A DNA stretch of 64,000 nt from a bacterium (GCA_030690415.1 JAUYGZ010000008.1:47281-111280); one strand, 5' to 3'. Positions 9,011 to 19,056 are shown, counted from the stretch's first letter. Notes: generated by a model from the sequence alone, not told the origin. A program made the numbers and translations.

Positions 9011-9421
9011 CTATTGCTGAAGGCGTTGTTTCATCACAGCACTCTCAACTTCCCGTCGTACCTCTTCATAATTAACGATGACGACCTCCGCTACTTCTCC
9101 AAACGTCAGCACAGTGCTGATATTCTGAGAGAGGCGATTGAGCATGAGGGATCGCAGCTGATAGAAGATTCTGGTGGAGGCCAACTCAGCAGCTCTTTCC
9201 ACAAGATCCACACAGTCCCCATGAGCTCGTTCACTCATCAGGATTTTTATCGTTTCCGTGACTCGAACGACATAATCAATTGGAGATGGGATTTCGCTTT
9301 CATATGGAACAAAATCATTAAAGCTTTCGCACGAAAAATTATTATTCTGAGAAAAAAAACTGTTCAGCGTTTTTTGTTCTTCTGGTGTGTAGACCTCAAA
9401 GAGAGGAGCTTCTTCTTGCAT
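9011..9421 (-). CDS. Hypothetical protein
   Basis: ATG-initiated ORF with a downstream hairpin; no motif recognised. Confidence 0.55.
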   Translation of the reverse strand: MQEEAPLFEVYTPEEQKTLNSFFSQNNNFSCESFNDFVPYESEIPSPIDYVVRVTETIKILMSERAHGDCVDLVERAAELASTRIFYQLRSLMLNRLSQNISTVLTFGEVAEVVIVNYEEVRREVESAVMKQRLQQ

Positions 9422-9485
9422 GGATTTTGATGTGAAAGGGTGTCATTATTAGTAATGTGATACTCTTGTCAAGATTATTCAATTC

Positions 9486-10385
9486 ATGGCTGTCGCTGAT
9501 TTCATACAACACTCCGTTCCCCTCAAATCCCTCACCTGGATGAAAGTTGGTGGTTTCGCAGACTATTATGCTGAAATTAGGACAAAGGAGGAACTCCGGA
9601 AGGCTTTTGAGTTTGCTTCAGATCGGAAACTTCCCATCGTGTACCTGGGCCAGGGAAGTAATATGATCCTGCCCGACGAGGGAATCAGAGGTCTGATTCT
9701 AAAACTGATGAATGACCAGGTCGAAGTTGATGTGAATTACTCGGCTGAGCTGGCAGCCGTGAATGTCGGTGGCGGCATGGTGCTTGCCCGGTTGATTCGG
9801 GACTGCAGAAAACAGAGCTTGAATGGTCTGGACAATTTTGTGGGGATTCCGGGGACCGTTGGTGCCGCGGTTCGAGGGAACATCGGCATTCCGGAGGAGG
9901 AGTTCGGTGAGCTGGTGAGGCAAGTAGAAATCTTCGACGGTCAGAAGTTTCGAATACTTCAGCCGGAAGAGTGTGAGTTTGTTTACCGTGGCAGCCGAAT
10001 CAAAGATCAATATTGGTTGGTCTGGTCGGTTGAACTGATGGTCCGAAAAGGCGATCCGCCTCATCAGGACGAGTGGTTGCTTGAGCGGGTGACGAAACAA
10101 CCAAAAGGACACAGCTGCGGGTCATTTTTCAAGAATCCGGATCCGGAAAAGGGAGTGTTCGCTGGGCGGGTCATCGAGGAGTGCGGACTGAAAGGAAAGA
10201 AGATTGGTGGGGCCTTTGTTTCCGAGAAGCACGCGAATTTTTTGATGAATGACGGCACGGGAAGCGCGGCTGAGATTTTGGAACTCGCAAGGAAAGTAAA
10301 GCAGACCGTGAAGGAGCAGAAGGGGATTGAGCTGGAGAATGAGGTGCTGATGTATGATGAGAGGAGGGGGCTGATAAGGCTGTAG
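9486..10385 (+). CDS. murB: UDP-N-acetylenolpyruvoylglucosamine reductase
   Basis: GQGSNM, GIPGTVGAAVRGN, SCGSFFKNP, SEKHANF, LENEV. Confidence 0.96.
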   Translation: MAVADFIQHSVPLKSLTWMKVGGFADYYAEIRTKEELRKAFEFASDRKLPIVYLGQGSNMILPDEGIRGLILKLMNDQVEVDVNYSAELAAVNVGGGMVLARLIRDCRKQSLNGLDNFVGIPGTVGAAVRGNIGIPEEEFGELVRQVEIFDGQKFRILQPEECEFVYRGSRIKDQYWLVWSVELMVRKGDPPHQDEWLLERVTKQPKGHSCGSFFKNPDPEKGVFAGRVIEECGLKGKKIGGAFVSEKHANFLMNDGTGSAAEILELARKVKQTVKEQKGIELENEVLMYDERRGLIRL

Positions 10386-10444
10386 GTCTTGGATTTGAGG
10401 CCGTTTTGAGGTATAATGATGAGAATATTTTCTCATTATTTTTT

Positions 10445-11185
10445 ATGGCGCAAAGAAGAGAAGCAGAAACTGATGAACTTGAGGAAGACCTTGAGGCACA
10501 GTCTCCGAATTTTATTCTTCAATTGGGAAAAGAAACTGCTGAGCCCAGTCCAGAATCTGATACGACACATTTTTCTGCCACAGAGATCAGAGCAGCCATG
10601 CACGAGGGAAACATTTCAAGAGAAGTTAGACAGCACATTGACGACCTTGAATGTATAGATGTTCCTCTGCTCTACACTCTTCCTCTGAAAGAAATGGTAC
10701 AGGAAGCTGATGAAGATCGATTCCTGGCGAAAGTTTTTTCACACTATTGGAAAAGTGAGGATCTGGAACCACTCCTGAGACCTGAAGCTGAAGAAGGCCT
10801 TCAAAAGGCTATTGATTTTCTTTCCCGGGATCGGAAGTGGGATCTTATGCGAATTTTGAGAGATGTATTTCAGATACAAGTTGCGAAAAATGCGACACCG
10901 GTATCATTGAAATCCGAATTAGAGCAAAAATATCGAGTCCTTCAAAACTACTACAATCCTCAAGGAGAACTCAAAGGGAATAATTTCCCCTCATGGGCCT
11001 ATTCCTACGAAAGAGATCTCCGAAAGCAGGGACGTCCTACAACTCAAAAATCAATTCAGACTCTGGCACACGAGGCAGGGCTTCAGGCTCAACAAAAGGC
11101 AGTCCGTATTTGCTGGGGTTTTCAGGATGCGCTTGATCGGGTCACTCGGATTGCGGTTCAGCTGCTGGATTCTCCTTCTTCTTGA
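10445..11185 (+). CDS. Hypothetical protein
   Basis: 246-aa ORF preceded by TATAAT; no motif recognised. Confidence 0.6.
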   Translation: MAQRREAETDELEEDLEAQSPNFILQLGKETAEPSPESDTTHFSATEIRAAMHEGNISREVRQHIDDLECIDVPLLYTLPLKEMVQEADEDRFLAKVFSHYWKSEDLEPLLRPEAEEGLQKAIDFLSRDRKWDLMRILRDVFQIQVAKNATPVSLKSELEQKYRVLQNYYNPQGELKGNNFPSWAYSYERDLRKQGRPTTQKSIQTLAHEAGLQAQQKAVRICWGFQDALDRVTRIAVQLLDSPSS

Positions 11186-11699
11186 TCTCGACCTCAGAGA
11201 GCGTCTGCTTCCTGATGAGTGTTTCAGCGAGACTTACTAATCTGGAATCGTCTTTGAATCCGTTTGATTCGGACAGAAGTGAAAGCGTTTCAAAATTGAT
11301 GGTATAGACCGACTTCTGCCCATCACTGTCTTCGGACTTGGCGCGATACTGATAGTGCTTTTCATTTTCTGAGAGAAATAAATCCAATATATCGGGGAAC
11401 ATTTCGACGAAAAGGTTTTTTAAATCCCCCTGTAAAGGGATTTCATTTTTTTGCTCTAATAGCGTATGAATTTTTCCCCTGATTCTTCGAGTCCAGGTAG
11501 AAACATAAGTTAAAATGAGTCGTTGTGTTTTGCTCTCATCAGCATTTGACTGAGTCGTAAAGCGAGGGATGTAGCTCGCTGCCAAAACGAGGAATATGAG
11601 CACGTATCGGTCTTCCAGCGCTTCAGTCGGTCCGTCGACCGGAAGCGACGAAAAATCTGCCGGCACAAAATCGTCTGAGAATATTCGGGTTTTTTCCAT
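11142..11699 (-). CDS. Hypothetical protein
   Basis: 185-aa ORF, convergent overlap with the previous ORF. Confidence 0.55.
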   Translation of the reverse strand: MEKTRIFSDDFVPADFSSLPVDGPTEALEDRYVLIFLVLAASYIPRFTTQSNADESKTQRLILTYVSTWTRRIRGKIHTLLEQKNEIPLQGDLKNLFVEMFPDILDLFLSENEKHYQYRAKSEDSDGQKSVYTINFETLSLLSESNGFKDDSRLVSLAETLIRKQTLSEVEIKKKENPAAEPQSE

Positions 11700-11826
11700 T
11701 ATGATGGTAAAGTGCAGAAAGGCATCGTACTCTTATTGTGCCTTTTGTCAATTCCTGTTTTTTGCTCTGTTCGCTCCGATTCAAAGCATGCTATAATTTC
11801 ATTCCAGTTTCATTGATATCCTCCCC

Positions 11827-13179
11827 ATGCGCTTCATCGTCAAAGGTGCTCGTCCTCTCAAGGGTGATATCACCGTATCGGGATCCAAGAACGCCGCGCT
11901 TCCCATCATCGCGGCAACGCTGCTGAGCGAAGAGGAGTTTACGATCTCCAATATTCCGGATATTCAGGATGTGCGAACGCTACTCGAGATCATGCGGCAT
12001 TTGGGGAGTCAGTTCACCTTCGATGACAATACCTTGAAGATCTGCACTCCCGCAATCCGGACAACGGATATCCCCAAAGAGATGGTCAAGACCATGAGAG
12101 CATCGATTTTGCTGGTGGGGCCGCTACTCGCACGTGCGAAGCAGATCCGCATCGGGTACCCTGGAGGATGCGTACTGGGGAAACGACCTGTGGACACGCA
12201 CCTAGATGCTTTGCGCGAGCTGGGAGTCCGGGTGAGAGAAGATGGCGATATGATCTTTCTTGATTCGGGTGACGCGAAGGCGGGAAAAGTCATTCTCAAA
12301 GAAATTTCCGTCACTGCGACCGAAAACCTCCTGATGTTCGCCTCGGGACTCACAGAGGAGACTGAGATCCGTCTGGCAGCTCAGGAGCCCCATGTCCAGG
12401 ATCTTTGCCGATTTTTAATCGCCATGGGAGTGTTTGTGAATGGTGTCGGAACGCATGTGGTCACGGTGAGGGGTGGTGGAGTGCTTCGGGGTACAGAGCA
12501 CCGGGTAGTATCGGATTATCTCGAAGTCGGGACTATGGCCATCGCGGCAGCGGCAACCTGCGGAGATGTGACCATTCACGATGTCCATCGGCATGATCTC
12601 GATGCTCTCTGGCAAAAAATGTGCGAGGCCGGGATTATCATTGATTTCGATAAAGAACATCAGGTGAGAGTCAGGGGAGTGAAGAGCATGGACTCGATCG
12701 CCAAAGTGGATACGGGCATTTTTCCAAAATTTCCCACGGATCTTCAGGCACCATTTATGGTCATGCTCACCCAGGCTAATGGGGTCTCGAAGGTTTTTGA
12801 GACGCTTTTCGAGGGACGACTCAACTATTTATTTGAGCTGGAGAAATTGGGAGCACGTTTTGAGTTTTTGAATCCTCACCAGGCAATTATCCTCGGACCA
12901 ACGCCTCTCTATGGTGCCCCCATAGCTTCCTGTGATATCCGAGCGGGAGCAGGAATGATCATCGCCGCTTTGATCGCAGAAGGCACCACTGAGGTCAGCA
13001 ATATCAACTATATCGATCGAGGATATGAAGCCCTGGATGAAAAATTCCGCCAGCTGGGAGCCTATATCGTCCGCAGCCAGTCTCCTGAAGATCTTCCGAA
13101 CGAACAGCGATCTCTTCACCAAATGGAAGATCGTGAAAGAAGCGGGGAGCTGAGGCCGGAGGTGCCGGTGTCGTTTTGA
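11827..13179 (+). CDS. murA: UDP-N-acetylglucosamine 1-carboxyvinyltransferase
   Basis: GSKNAALP, PGGCVLGKRPVDTH (catalytic Cys), FPTDLQ, IDRGYE. Confidence 0.97.
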   Translation: MRFIVKGARPLKGDITVSGSKNAALPIIAATLLSEEEFTISNIPDIQDVRTLLEIMRHLGSQFTFDDNTLKICTPAIRTTDIPKEMVKTMRASILLVGPLLARAKQIRIGYPGGCVLGKRPVDTHLDALRELGVRVREDGDMIFLDSGDAKAGKVILKEISVTATENLLMFASGLTEETEIRLAAQEPHVQDLCRFLIAMGVFVNGVGTHVVTVRGGGVLRGTEHRVVSDYLEVGTMAIAAAATCGDVTIHDVHRHDLDALWQKMCEAGIIIDFDKEHQVRVRGVKSMDSIAKVDTGIFPKFPTDLQAPFMVMLTQANGVSKVFETLFEGRLNYLFELEKLGARFEFLNPHQAIILGPTPLYGAPIASCDIRAGAGMIIAALIAEGTTEVSNINYIDRGYEALDEKFRQLGAYIVRSQSPEDLPNEQRSLHQMEDRERSGELRPEVPVSF

Positions 13180-13270
13180 ACGAGGAAACAAGGAAACGAG
13201 GAAATAGCATTTAGGCCACTCTTTCGTTCCTCGTTTCCTCGTTTCCTCGTTTCCTCGTTTCCTCATTTCC
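13179..13270. repeat. Inverted pair of 8-bp tandem arrays (AAACGAGG)n / (CCTCGTTT)n
   Basis: About 3 units at 13179-13204 and about 5-6 complementary units at 13222-13270. Confidence 0.85.
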
Positions 13271-13287
13271 TTCTTCCCTTGTTTTTT

Positions 13288-14028
13288 ATGGATGGAGTAT
13301 TACTCATTGATAAACCCAGCGGCATTACCTCCTTTGATGTGATTCGACAGCTCAGAAAGTGTCTTGGAGTTCGTAAAATGGGCCACCTTGGGACTCTTGA
13401 TCCTCTTGCAACCGGACTTTTAGTGGTCTTCCTGGGAAAGGCGACGAAATTGATCCCATATTTGACTGAGGCTGAAAAAGAATATGTTGTAGATCTTGAG
13501 TTGGGAAAAACTTCGGACAGCTATGATGTGACGGGTGAGGTTAAGAGCATGAAGGGTTTTCGGATGCCGACTCAAGAGGAATTTTCAGATGCTGTTCAGA
13601 GCTTTCTGGGCCCCCAACTCCAGATTCAACCACCTTTCTCGGCAATCCGAATTCAAGGCAAGCGCGCTTATGAATTGGCTCGAGACGGAAAACAGGTTGA
13701 CTTGGGAAAAAGGCAGGTGAGCCTTTTTGAAATTCAGATAATGGACTTCACCCCACCATTCGTCCAACTCAGGCTCCACTGCTCAAGTGGAACCTATGTC
13801 AGGTCATTTGTTCACGAGCTTGGGGAGAAGCTGGTGACTGGTGCCATCATGACTCAATTGATGAGAACCAGGGTGAATAAATTCTCTCTTGAACAGGCCC
13901 ATAGGCTTGATCACGTTGGTGAGAAAAACGTTCTCGATCCCCTCTTCGTGGTAGATGAATACGGCATTTGGGAGGGAAAGTCAGACCAGGAAAAGGCTTA
14001 CCTGAAAACAAAACTTTCTCAAAAATGA
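13288..14028 (+). CDS. truB: tRNA pseudouridine(55) synthase
   Basis: IDKPSGITSFDV, KMGHLGTLDPLATGLL, CSSGTYVRS. Confidence 0.96.
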   Translation: MDGVLLIDKPSGITSFDVIRQLRKCLGVRKMGHLGTLDPLATGLLVVFLGKATKLIPYLTEAEKEYVVDLELGKTSDSYDVTGEVKSMKGFRMPTQEEFSDAVQSFLGPQLQIQPPFSAIRIQGKRAYELARDGKQVDLGKRQVSLFEIQIMDFTPPFVQLRLHCSSGTYVRSFVHELGEKLVTGAIMTQLMRTRVNKFSLEQAHRLDHVGEKNVLDPLFVVDEYGIWEGKSDQEKAYLKTKLSQK

Positions 14029-14153
14029 GGGCTTCCCAATATATATGTCCTAATATTGTGCTCAAAACATGTCAACGTCATTTCATTTCAGGGCTTGCAG
14101 AAAGCCGATTGATTACCTACACTTTTGTTAACCTAGTCTTAAAATTTTCAAAA

Positions 14154-14549
14154 ATGAGTAAATCGCTTCGACCGTTGGTGCTCATGTCTACAATTCTTGT
14201 CCTTGGAATGGCACTCTTCAATACCGTGAGTATAGAAGCCTTTGCTCAGACTGGGACCGGATTCGGAGTTGGCCAAAACATTGTTCCCGGAGAAATCGTT
14301 TCCGCGACGGGTGGTGAGACCAGTCTCATCGATCTGGTTCGGACCATTTTAAATTATTTCCTCGGATTCCTCGGTATTCTCACTCTCGCCATCGTCATTT
14401 ACGGAGGCTTCATGTATGTGACAGCAGGAGTAAATGAATCCGGGGCTGAAACAGGGAAGAAAGTCCTGACCTATGCCGCGATTGGAATCATTGTGATTTT
14501 GCTTTCCTTCGTGATAGTGAATACCTTGCTGCAGGCGGCGGTGCAGTAG
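14154..14549 (+). CDS. Pilin-like membrane protein (TrbC/VirB2-type, CPR)
   Basis: Signal peptide (AFA), two hydrophobic helices, IYGGFMYVTAG...GKKVLTYAAIGIIVILLS. Confidence 0.75.
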   Translation: MSKSLRPLVLMSTILVLGMALFNTVSIEAFAQTGTGFGVGQNIVPGEIVSATGGETSLIDLVRTILNYFLGFLGILTLAIVIYGGFMYVTAGVNESGAETGKKVLTYAAIGIIVILLSFVIVNTLLQAAVQ

Positions 14550-14552
14550 GGG

Positions 14553-14702
14553 AGGTTGTAGGTTGTAGGTTATAGAGAGTGGGTTGTGAGAAATATAAAA
14601 TGCCCCAGGTTTTATGATCTGGGGTTTTTTGATACATCAGGATCAATTATAATATTCTTAACAACCGACAACCTACAACCTACAACCTACAACCTACAAC
14701 CT
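14553..14702. repeat. Inverted pair of 7-bp tandem arrays (GGTTGTA)n / (TACAACC)n
   Basis: About 3 units at 14553-14575 and about 6 complementary units at 14661-14702. Confidence 0.85.
14602..14630 (+). terminator. Intrinsic terminator of the pilin gene
   Basis: CCCCAG...CTGGGG followed by TTTTTT. Confidence 0.7.
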
Positions 14703-14709
14703 CATTCCA

Positions 14710-15339
14710 ATGACCTCTTCTCTCGAACTATTCATCGGGCACCCCATCGGCTCCGTTAGATCCCTTGGCTGGTTTGGCTTCGCGGCTGATCCTCCGACTC
14801 TTGCTCATCGGGCAGTCGTTGATGCTGTCCTGGGATCTGGCCTGGTGGAAAAGGTGATCGTATTCCCATCAGGGCGTCTGGACTACAAGGAATTTCAGTG
14901 CACCGACTGGCAACGAGCTGAAATGGTTGAGCTCTGGAAAGCTGCAGCTGACTACGGAGATGATGTCCTCGTGAGCCGCTTTGACCTGATCAGGGACAGG
15001 GCTTTTTACTGGTATGATCTTTGGAGACACCTACATCAAATCGCACCGAAAATTGAGCATTTTTTTGTTCTTGGCTCGAAAGAATATGCTGAAATAGAAA
15101 GGAAATGGGATAGAGGTGTTGAACTCATGTTTAATGCCCGATTTATCGTCATCCCACGGAGTGGATACCCCCTCAAGAGCATTCAAAGCAAGGATTATCT
15201 CCTTCCTCTCCCTCCCATTTCTGGATCCAGTACACAGGCGAGGAAGGGAGAGCGTACCCTCCTCGATGAGCAGGTCAGAAAGTACATTGTAGAACATCAT
15301 CTCTATAGCTCTCATGCCTCTCTCCTCTCAACAGCTTGA
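14710..15339 (+). CDS. nadD: Nicotinate/nicotinamide mononucleotide adenylyltransferase-like
   Basis: ADPPTLAH (HIGH-like), FVLGS, VIPR, SSTQAR, VRKYIVEHHLY; upstream of nadE. Confidence 0.8.
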   Translation: MTSSLELFIGHPIGSVRSLGWFGFAADPPTLAHRAVVDAVLGSGLVEKVIVFPSGRLDYKEFQCTDWQRAEMVELWKAAADYGDDVLVSRFDLIRDRAFYWYDLWRHLHQIAPKIEHFFVLGSKEYAEIERKWDRGVELMFNARFIVIPRSGYPLKSIQSKDYLLPLPPISGSSTQARKGERTLLDEQVRKYIVEHHLYSSHASLLSTA

Positions 15340-16198
15340 ATCTGTCATCACAAAAGCTTCTCACGCACTTGCGGAATACTGCATGAATGCTGAGATTCAC
15401 ACGACGGTGACCGGAATCTCGGGGGGTTTGGACAGCGCGGTAACCCTTGCTCTAGCCAAAAGAGCCAGTCAGAATGCCATTTCTCAGGGTTTTGAGCTGC
15501 GAGCACTCGGACTCATATTACCCTGTCACTCCGATCCGGATCATGCTATTTTGGCCAAACAATTGATTCAACAGGTCGGAGCTGAGTTGATCGAAGTTGA
15601 TCTGACGGGTGTGTATGATCACATCGAAGCAGGGGTTCTCAAGCCACTTGCTGAACGATTGCTTGAATATCAGGATACGGATCAGGAGGGGCGGTATAGG
15701 ACCTCACAGGGGAATGTGAAAGCTCGACTAAGAATGGCTCTTGGCACCTATTATGTAGCTAATATGGTCAATGGTTTGGTCCTCTCGACCGACAATTATT
15801 CAGAATACTGGATGGGTTTTTGGACATTACACGGTGATGTGGGAGATTTTGGGATGATTCAGGAGCTCTGGAAGGGGGATGAGCTCATTCAGATCGCTGA
15901 GTATCTTGATATCCCCAGAGAAATCCTCGCCGCAGCTCCGACAGATGGACTCGGAGTCCAACCAGGAGGAGACGAAGCTCAGCTTGGGGCCCCTTATCCG
16001 ATTGTTGATCGGGTTTTGAAAGATTTATTGGGGAAGGGGATTGATCTGAATGGGGATGAAAAACAACTAGATAAACTCCCTCAAATCGATGGGATTGAAT
16101 CGGAATTGGTAAAGAAAATAGCTAAAAGAGCCTTGAATAATGCTTTTAAGAGGAGACATTCGGTGAATTTGAGCAGGAAGGACTTGGGACTAGAGTAA
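15314..16198 (+). CDS. nadE: NH3-dependent NAD+ synthetase
   Basis: GISGGLDSAV, GNVKARLRM, STDNYSE, TLHGD, PTDGL. Confidence 0.93.
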   Translation: MPLSSQQLESVITKASHALAEYCMNAEIHTTVTGISGGLDSAVTLALAKRASQNAISQGFELRALGLILPCHSDPDHAILAKQLIQQVGAELIEVDLTGVYDHIEAGVLKPLAERLLEYQDTDQEGRYRTSQGNVKARLRMALGTYYVANMVNGLVLSTDNYSEYWMGFWTLHGDVGDFGMIQELWKGDELIQIAEYLDIPREILAAAPTDGLGVQPGGDEAQLGAPYPIVDRVLKDLLGKGIDLNGDEKQLDKLPQIDGIESELVKKIAKRALNNAFKRRHSVNLSRKDLGLE

Positions 16199-16320
16199 GA
16201 TTGTCATTGAGGACCCTGAATCTGATTTCTTCTCTATTTGAGCGGTTTTTCTGATTGACATGGTATATTTTATCATATATAGTAATATGAATTGTTTATT
16301 TGTCAATTACCGCCAAAATT

Positions 16321-18024
16321 ATGGAAGATCTCTTGCTGCTACCCCCGCCAAGTGGCAAAAAAGAGGAGAGGAGGGTGCTCAAAAATCGTGTCATCGGAGT
16401 TGTTTTTGGCCTCCTGGTCTTCGTCGGAGGAACAGGCACTCTTTATTCAGCCCTGGCCGGTAGACTGGGAGGAGACACAGAGGTATTACGGGCCAATTTT
16501 GTCCTCGAGCCGGAGCTAAACGACCAGGAAAATATCGCAAATAAGATCGCCGAGGTACTTCCCCCCAATGCACCTTCAAAAACTCTTATTCGAACTTCTG
16601 AAGCACCAACCACTCTCACATTAGCTGTTCAAAAGAATAATCAACTCGTCACAGTACTGGTCGACGGGAAATCAAACAGCGAACAATCTCTAGATGACCT
16701 TGGCATATCTTTCCAACCCCAGGGGGCAGGGTCTCATGTGGATCTAACTCTTGATCGGACCAAGTGGAATTCATTTCTCGAACAATTGGCTCAAGAGGTA
16801 TCGGTCCCCTCAGTAAACTCGGATCTCCTCTGGACTCAGGACAATGGATGGAGTATCCACCAGGGGGTTGCAGGCCGCACCTTGAATTCCAGTCACTTGG
16901 CATTAGCCCTTGACCGTCTTACTCGTCAACTCGAGTCTCAGCAAACGAACCTGACTCTCCAACTGACAACCACCAGCTTGAAGTCGAGCGCAGGTGAAGA
17001 AGATGCGCTCATTCAAGATCAGCTTCATCACATCCAACGACTCGTTGAAATTCCCATTGTCGTTCGAATCGGTAACGAAGATCATATCCTGGATATGAAT
17101 ACACAAAAGGATTTCATCAGGATCGATGAACACGGTGTTTCTCTCAATGAAACTCTTGTCCGTTCATGGCTTCAGGAGCTGGAAAAAGGAGCTTATCGGG
17201 AGACCAATACCATCCGCATCACGGGAAAAAATGAAGTCCGTCCCGGTATTTTCAAGGCCATCACAGATGGTGAGTTTCTAGAAGGACAACGCATTAGCTC
17301 AGATGAAATCTACAAGGACCTGGTCGCCATGCTGGACGATAATGCTGTGGAAGAAAGGGTTATCACTGCAAAAGTCTTCGAAATTCCCCTCAAGGTCTAT
17401 TCAGAGTTGGAAGGAGAAGACTATGATCTCCTCAGTGTCGGGTACTCTGAGTACTCCCACGGGAACGCTCCAAATCGAGTCCACAATGTCAAGAATGGCC
17501 TTGCTCTCATTAATGGGTCTCTGATCGAGCCGGGAGCAGAAATTTCGTTTAATAAAAATCTGGGGAATGATTGGAGCAACTTTCTCATGGGCTGGGGTAT
17601 TTTCGGGACTGTCGCAAAGCCGGTCCTTGGCGGTGGACTCTGTCAGGTTTCAACCACTTTTTATAGATCCATCGCCTGGCTCGGAGTACCCGTCACGATG
17701 CGCCAGCCGCATAGCTGGGATCTCAGCTACTATCGTCAGGGGGGGTATGGTCTGGACGCAACGGTGTATCCGGCAGAAGGACTGGATGTGAAGGCGATCA
17801 ATGACTATGGTAGCCACCTCTTCTTTTATTCCTATACCAGACCAGAGACGGAAGAAGCATTTGTCCTTGTCTATGGGAAGAAGGATGGAAGAAAAGTAAA
17901 TCTCTTCCCGGATGAAGAATACATTCCAAAAAATGGCGCGAAGACGATTTGGTGGACACAGACTATCGAGTATCCTGACGGAGAGGTGAAAGAAAACCGA
18001 ATCGAGAGTCGTTATCGTTCGTAG
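16321..18024 (+). CDS. VanW-family protein with membrane anchor
   Basis: NRVHNV, PGAEISFN, GGGLCQVSTT, RQPHS, GLDATVY. Confidence 0.88.
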   Translation: MEDLLLLPPPSGKKEERRVLKNRVIGVVFGLLVFVGGTGTLYSALAGRLGGDTEVLRANFVLEPELNDQENIANKIAEVLPPNAPSKTLIRTSEAPTTLTLAVQKNNQLVTVLVDGKSNSEQSLDDLGISFQPQGAGSHVDLTLDRTKWNSFLEQLAQEVSVPSVNSDLLWTQDNGWSIHQGVAGRTLNSSHLALALDRLTRQLESQQTNLTLQLTTTSLKSSAGEEDALIQDQLHHIQRLVEIPIVVRIGNEDHILDMNTQKDFIRIDEHGVSLNETLVRSWLQELEKGAYRETNTIRITGKNEVRPGIFKAITDGEFLEGQRISSDEIYKDLVAMLDDNAVEERVITAKVFEIPLKVYSELEGEDYDLLSVGYSEYSHGNAPNRVHNVKNGLALINGSLIEPGAEISFNKNLGNDWSNFLMGWGIFGTVAKPVLGGGLCQVSTTFYRSIAWLGVPVTMRQPHSWDLSYYRQGGYGLDATVYPAEGLDVKAINDYGSHLFFYSYTRPETEEAFVLVYGKKDGRKVNLFPDEEYIPKNGAKTIWWTQTIEYPDGEVKENRIESRYRS

Positions 18025-18063
18025 AGAAAATTATGAACCCCTGAGAAAGATATGCCATCTTTC

Positions 18064-18087
18064 TTCCCCTTGTAAGGGGTTAGGGGT
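18064..18087 (-). repeat. 24-bp dispersed element, identical to 56545-56568 in the opposite orientation
   Basis: ACCCCTAACCCCTTACAAGGGGAA. Confidence 0.85.
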
Positions 18088-18114
18088 AAAATACGCAGGC
18101 TCATAATAGAGCCC

Positions 18115-19056
18115 ATGATGAAGATCAAAACACCTGACCAGATCTCACTCGAGATCAGATCATTTCTTGATACTGCTAAAAACCCCCTCCTGGTCGTTGT
18201 CGGCCCGACGGCTTCCGGGAAGACCAAGCTTGCGGTGCATCTGGCGAAACAATTCAATGGTGAGATCATCAATGCTGATTCCCGTCAAATCTATGAGGAA
18301 ATGAAAATTGGGAACGAACTCACAAAACCGGAAGAGATGGAGGGTATCCAGCATCACCTCCTGGGCTGTTATCCGATCTCGTCGAACATTTCTATAGCAG
18401 AATACAAGCGCGATGCTGAAGCAGTAATTGGAGATGTTCTCAAGCGAGGTAAACTTCCCATCCTCTGCGGCGGCTCCGTCATGTGGATTGACGCGGTGGT
18501 GGACAATTATGTCATCCCGGAAGGGAACCCTGATTGGAAACTGAGAGCTGAACTGGAGAAGAAGGGGATTGATGAATTGCTGGAGGAACTGGATCGGATT
18601 GATCAGGAGTCGGCGGAGCACTTGCGTGGCGAACGAAACAAGCGATATATCATTCGTGCGCTGGAGATTTACTCTCAAACAGGACGGAAGAAGTCTGAGA
18701 TCATGAAGAAGGGAATTCGAAAATATGAAATCTTCAAGCTCGCTCCCTATCGAGACCGGAAAGATATTTATAAGCGGATTAACGAGCGAACAGCCTATCA
18801 GGTCGATCATGGAATGATCCCGGAGGTTCAGGCTTTGGTCAACAAATACTCGAAAGGCGATCCTCGAAAACTTCTTGAACTGGGCTGGCCTGGGATCACT
18901 TCGATCGGGTGCAAGGAGGTAATTCCCTATTTGCTGAACGAAATCACGAAGGAAGAGTTGATTTCAACCCTGCAGCAGCACAATCGAAACTATGCGAAGC
19001 GACAATTGACTTGGCTGCGAAAAGACCAGGAAGTCAACTGGATTCAGAGGATTTAA
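18115..19056 (+). CDS. miaA: tRNA dimethylallyltransferase
   Basis: GPTASGKT, NADSRQIY, RALEI, NYAKRQLTW. Confidence 0.97.
   Translation: MMKIKTPDQISLEIRSFLDTAKNPLLVVVGPTASGKTKLAVHLAKQFNGEIINADSRQIYEEMKIGNELTKPEEMEGIQHHLLGCYPISSNISIAEYKRDAEAVIGDVLKRGKLPILCGGSVMWIDAVVDNYVIPEGNPDWKLRAELEKKGIDELLEELDRIDQESAEHLRGERNKRYIIRALEIYSQTGRKKSEIMKKGIRKYEIFKLAPYRDRKDIYKRINERTAYQVDHGMIPEVQALVNKYSKGDPRKLLELGWPGITSIGCKEVIPYLLNEITKEELISTLQQHNRNYAKRQLTWLRKDQEVNWIQRI

Noticed and set aside
13179-14702. CRISPR array
   Set aside because: Units are 7-9 bp with no spacers; no cas genes seen
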